From: a phage
Sequence record: PZ452594.1
Length of the DNA stretch: 64,000 bases
Direction: 5' to 3' (one strand)
The translations under genes and the position numbers were made by a program. The notes beneath the pieces were generated by a model that saw only the letters and a list, made by a program, of their open reading frames with translations, ran no database searches and was not told the origin of the DNA. Position 1 is the first letter of the stretch. Every line of letters starts with the position of its first letter. Positions 59,991 to 64,000 of the stretch are shown piece after piece.

Positions 59991-61798
59991 TGAAACAAAA
60001 TATTAATATCGGTAATGTTGTAGATGATGGTACCGGTGACTACCTGCGTAAAGGTGGTATAAAAATAAATGAAAACTTTGATGAGCTTTATTATGAACTC
60101 GGTGATGGAGACGTTCCATATTCAGCCGGTGCCTGGAAAACTTATGATGCTTCATCTGGGCAAACACTAAAAGCTGAATGGGGAAAATCATACGCTATTA
60201 ATACCTCTTCTGGAAGAGTGACTATAAATCTTCCAAAAGGAACAGTTAATGATTACAACAAGGTAATTAGAGCTAGAGACGTATTTGCTACATGGAACGT
60301 CAACCCAGTTACTTTAGTAGCTGCTTCCGGCGATACGATTAAAGGGTCTGCAGTACCAGTTGAAATTAATGTTCAATTCAGCGATTTAGAACTAGTGTAT
60401 TGTGCCCCAGGACGTTGGGAATATGTCAAAAATAAACAAATTGACAAAATTACCAGTTCAGACATTAGTAATGTAGCTCGTAAAGAATTTTTAGTCGAAG
60501 TCCAAGGACAAACAGACTTTTTAGATGTTTTCCGTGGAACCAGTTATAATGTAAATAACATCAGAGTAAAACATCGTGGTAACGAATTGTATTATGGCGA
60601 TGTGTTTAGCGAAAACAGTGATTTTGGCTCTCCGGGCGAAAATGAAGGAGAACTAGTTCCTCTTGATGGATTTAATATTCGATTAAGACAGCCTTGTAAT
60701 ATTGGTGACACTGTTCAAATTGAAACATTTATGGATGGTGTATCGCAGTGGAGAAGTTCATATACAAGACGTCAAATTAGATTGTTAGATTCAAAATTAA
60801 CGTCAAAAACTTCTTTAGAAGGAAGCATTTACGTTACTGATTTATCAACAATGAAATCAATTCCATTTTCTGCTTTTGGATTAATTCCAGGAGAACCTAT
60901 TAATCCTAACTCTCTTGAGGTTCGTTTTAATGGAATTTTGCAGGAATTAGCTGGCACAGTTGGAATGCCATTATTTCATTGTGTTGGTGCCGATTCAGAC
61001 GATGAAGTAGAATGCTCTGTTTTAGGTGGAACTTGGGAACAATCTCATACCGATTATTCAGTTGAAACTGATGAAAACGGCATACCGGAAATTTTACATT
61101 TCGATAGAGTATTTGAGCATGGTGACATTATCAATATCACCTGGTTTAATAATGATTTGGGTACATTATTAACGAAAGATGAGATTATTGATGAAACTGA
61201 TAATCTCTATGTATCGCAAGGACCAGGGGTAGATATTTCCGGTGATGTAAATTTAACAGACTTCGATAAAATTGGTTGGCCAAATGTAGAAGCAGTTCAA
61301 TCTTATCAACGCGAATTTAATGCTGTTTCAAATATCTTTGATACGATTTATCCTATTGGAACTATATATGAAAACGCTGTTAATCCAAACAACCCTGTTA
61401 CATATATGGGATTTGGCTCATGGAAATTATTTGGGCAAGGAAAAGTTTTAGTTGGATGGAATGAAGATATTTCGGATCCGAATTTTGCTCTAAATAACAA
61501 CGATTTAGATTCTGGCGGAAATCCTTCGCATACTGCAGGTGGAACAGGTGGTTCTACTTCTGTTACATTGGAAAATGCTAATCTTCCTGCAACTGAAACA
61601 GATGAAGAAGTTCTAATAGTTGATGAAAATGGATCAGTCATTGTTGGTGGGTGTCAATACGATCCAGATGAATCCGGTCCAATTTACACTAAATACCGTG
61701 AAGCTAAAGCATCTACTAACTCTACTCACACTCCGCCAACATCAATAACTAACATTCAACCGTATATTACAGTTTATCGTTGGATAAGGATTGCATAA
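59990..61798 (+). CDS. 10: baseplate wedge protein gp10 (602 aa)
   Basis: size and order match T4. Confidence 0.9.
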   Translation: MKQNINIGNVVDDGTGDYLRKGGIKINENFDELYYELGDGDVPYSAGAWKTYDASSGQTLKAEWGKSYAINTSSGRVTINLPKGTVNDYNKVIRARDVFATWNVNPVTLVAASGDTIKGSAVPVEINVQFSDLELVYCAPGRWEYVKNKQIDKITSSDISNVARKEFLVEVQGQTDFLDVFRGTSYNVNNIRVKHRGNELYYGDVFSENSDFGSPGENEGELVPLDGFNIRLRQPCNIGDTVQIETFMDGVSQWRSSYTRRQIRLLDSKLTSKTSLEGSIYVTDLSTMKSIPFSAFGLIPGEPINPNSLEVRFNGILQELAGTVGMPLFHCVGADSDDEVECSVLGGTWEQSHTDYSVETDENGIPEILHFDRVFEHGDIINITWFNNDLGTLLTKDEIIDETDNLYVSQGPGVDISGDVNLTDFDKIGWPNVEAVQSYQREFNAVSNIFDTIYPIGTIYENAVNPNNPVTYMGFGSWKLFGQGKVLVGWNEDISDPNFALNNNDLDSGGNPSHTAGGTGGSTSVTLENANLPATETDEEVLIVDENGSVIVGGCQYDPDESGPIYTKYREAKASTNSTHTPPTSITNIQPYITVYRWIRIA

Positions 61799-62457
61799 TG
61801 AGTTTACTTAATAATAAAGCGGGAGTTATTTCCCGCTTAGCCGATTTTCTTGGTTTTAGACCTAAAGCTGGTAATATAGATGTAATGAATCGTCAATCAG
61901 TTGGGTCAGTGACAATTTCTCAATTAGCGAAAGGTTTTTATGAACCAAACGTAGAATCAGCTATTAATGATGTTCATAATTTTTCTATAAAAGACATTGG
62001 TACAATTATTACTAATAAAACTGGTGTTTCTCCTGAGGGTGTTTCTCAAACTGATTATTGGGCATTTTCTGGAACTGTAACAGACGATTCTCTTCCTCCG
62101 GGTTCTCCTGTTACGGTATTAGTATTTGGTCTTCCAGTTTCAGCAACTACTGGAATGACGGCAATTGAGTTTGTTGCAAAAGTTCGTGTTGCCCTTCAAG
62201 AAGCTATTGCGTCATTTACTGCTATCAACTCATATAAAGACCATCCGACAGATGGTAGTAAATTAGAAGTTACTTATTTAGATAATCAAAAACATGTATT
62301 AAGCACATATTCTACATATGGAATAACTATTTCACAGGAAATTATTTCTGAGTCTAAACCTGGCTACGGTACATGGAATTTATTAGGCGCACAAACTGTA
62401 ACTTTAGATAATCAGCAGACTCCTACAGTACTTTATCATTTTGAGAGAACAGCATGA
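61798..62457 (+). CDS. 11: baseplate protein gp11 (219 aa)
   Basis: ATG at 61798 ([20 protein letters not shown]) overlaps gene 10 stop by 1 nt. Confidence 0.85.
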   Translation: MSLLNNKAGVISRLADFLGFRPKAGNIDVMNRQSVGSVTISQLAKGFYEPNVESAINDVHNFSIKDIGTIITNKTGVSPEGVSQTDYWAFSGTVTDDSLPPGSPVTVLVFGLPVSATTGMTAIEFVAKVRVALQEAIASFTAINSYKDHPTDGSKLEVTYLDNQKHVLSTYSTYGITISQEIISESKPGYGTWNLLGAQTVTLDNQQTPTVLYHFERTA

Positions 62458-64000
62458 GTAATAATACATATCAACACGTTTCTAATGAATCTCGTTATGT
62501 AAAATTTGATCCAACTGGTACAAATTTTCCGGAAGAGATTACTGATGTTCAGGCTGCTATAGCAGCCATTTCTCCTGCTGGCGTAAATGGAGTTCCTGAT
62601 GCATCGTCAACAACAAAGGGAATTTTATTTCTTGCCACTGAACAGGAAGTTATAGATGGAACTAATAATACCAAAGCAGTTACACCGGCAACGTTGGCAA
62701 CAAGATTATCATATCCAAATGCTACCGAAGAAGTTTATGGACTTACACGTTATTCAACAGACGATGAAGCTGTAGCTGGTGTTAATAATGAATCATCTAT
62801 AACTCCGGCTAAATTTACTACAGCAATTAATCACATTTTTGATACACGAATTTCTTCTGAAAGTTCACTTGGCGTTATTAAGTTATCATCTCTACCGCAA
62901 GCATTAGCTGGTGCAGATGATACTACTGCAATGACTCCATTAAAAACGCAGCAGTTAGCTATTAAATTAATTGCGCAAATTGCTCCTTCTGAAACCACAG
63001 CTACCGAATCGGACCAAGGTGTTGTTCAATTAGCAACAGTAGCGCAGGTTCGTCAGGGAACTTTAAGAGAAGGCTATGCAATTTCTCCTTATACGTTTAT
63101 GAATTCATCTGCTACTGAAGAATATAAAGGCGTAATTAAATTAGGAACACAGTCAGAAGTTAACTCGAATAATGCTTCTGTTGCTGTTACTGGTGCAACT
63201 CTTAATGGTCGTGGTTCTACAACGTCAATGAGAGGCGTAGTTAAATTAACTACAACTGCCGGCTCACAGAGTGGAGGTGATGCTTCATCAGCACTAGCTT
63301 GGAATGCTGACGTTATCCATCAAAGAGGCGGTCAAACTATTAATGGAACACTCCGCATTAATAACACGCTTACAATAGCTTCAGGTGGAGCAAATATTAC
63401 CGGAACAGTTAACATGACCGGTGGTTATATTCAAGGTAAGCGTGTCGTAACACAAAATGAAATTGATAGAACTATTCCTGTCGGAGCTATTATGATGTGG
63501 GCCGCTGATAGTCTTCCTAGTGATGCTTGGCGTTTTTGCCACGGTGGAACTGTTTCAGCATCAGATTGTCCATTATATGCTTCTAGAATTGGAACAAGAT
63601 ACGGCGGAAGTTCATCAAATCCTGGATTACCTGATATGCGTGGTCTTTTTGTTCGCGGCTCTGGTCGTGGCTCTCACTTAACAAATCCAAATGTTAATGG
63701 TAATGACCAGTTTGGTAAGCCTAGATTAGGTGTAGGTTGTACTGGTGGATATGTTGGTGAAGTACAGAAACAACAGATGTCTTATCATAAACATGCTGGC
63801 GGATTTGGTGAGCATGATGATTCTGGAGCATTCGGTAATACCCGTAGATCAAATTTTGTTGGTACACGTAAAGGACTTGACTGGGATAACCGTTCATACT
63901 TCACCAATGACGGATATGAAATTGACCCGGCATCACAACGAAATTCCAAATATACATTAAATCGTCCTGAATTAATTGGAAATGAAACACGTCCATGGAA
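62454..64000 (+). CDS. 12: short tail fibre gp12, N-terminal ~515 codons; 3' end beyond window
   Basis: ATG at 62454 gives [21 protein letters not shown]; open to window end so absent from ORF track. Confidence 0.9.
   Translation, partial: MSNNTYQHVSNESRYVKFDPTGTNFPEEITDVQAAIAAISPAGVNGVPDASSTTKGILFLATEQEVIDGTNNTKAVTPATLATRLSYPNATEEVYGLTRYSTDDEAVAGVNNESSITPAKFTTAINHIFDTRISSESSLGVIKLSSLPQALAGADDTTAMTPLKTQQLAIKLIAQIAPSETTATESDQGVVQLATVAQVRQGTLREGYAISPYTFMNSSATEEYKGVIKLGTQSEVNSNNASVAVTGATLNGRGSTTSMRGVVKLTTTAGSQSGGDASSALAWNADVIHQRGGQTINGTLRINNTLTIASGGANITGTVNMTGGYIQGKRVVTQNEIDRTIPVGAIMMWAADSLPSDAWRFCHGGTVSASDCPLYASRIGTRYGGSSSNPGLPDMRGLFVRGSGRGSHLTNPNVNGNDQFGKPRLGVGCTGGYVGEVQKQQMSYHKHAGGFGEHDDSGAFGNTRRSNFVGTRKGLDWDNRSYFTNDGYEIDPASQRNSKYTLNRPELIGNETRPW

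Noticed and set aside
52693-61641. Minus-strand ORFs inside late genes (52693..52911, 52698..52892, 56793..56975, 57765..57971, 58409..58744, 59193..59378, 60003..60191, 61348..61641) and plus ORF 53548..53742
   Set aside because: Antisense or out of frame within the contiguous baseplate genes 5.4 to 11; no promoters or ribosome-binding sites.

Overview
This window is a segment of a T4-like (T-even) myovirus genome, but not T4 itself. From 1 to about 49.8 kb nearly every gene is on the minus strand: DNA polymerase gene 43 (partial), regA-62-44-45, rpbA, 46 and 47, a-gt, 55, nrdH-nrdG-nrdD, 49, pin, nrdC, a long block of small early ORFs, rI, tk, regB, denV, e, nudE, a 9-tRNA cluster with an embedded GIY-YIG (segB-like) gene, an ipI-type locus, 57B/57A, and genes 1, 3, 2, 4. 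At about 49.8 kb a pair of divergent late promoters marks the switch to plus-strand baseplate genes 53, 5, 5.4, 6, 7, 8, 9, 10, 11 and 12 (partial). Gene identities rest on my reading of the translated ORFs against remembered T4 proteins; no database search was run. Differences from T4 that I can see: nrdD is one uninterrupted ORF (no intron), there are no ipII/ipIII genes between denV and e, an HNH endonuclease gene sits between 46 and 47, and there is an extra tRNA-Tyr. I found no single obvious novel multi-gene system. The strongest candidates for something undescribed are: three genes whose products begin with the capsid-targeting motif MKTYQEF (internal-protein-like, candidate injected anti-restriction proteins), one of them bracketed by identical 24-nt promoter-core repeats; a glycyl-radical GrcA-like gene whose 3' third looks host-derived; a macro-domain-like ORF; an adjacent P-loop ATPase and Pol-beta-type nucleotidyltransferase; and several tandem paralogue families. 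CDS coordinates below include the stop codon; starts were moved from the ORF-track value wherever that start was GTG/TTG and an ATG with a Shine-Dalgarno sequence lay just inside.
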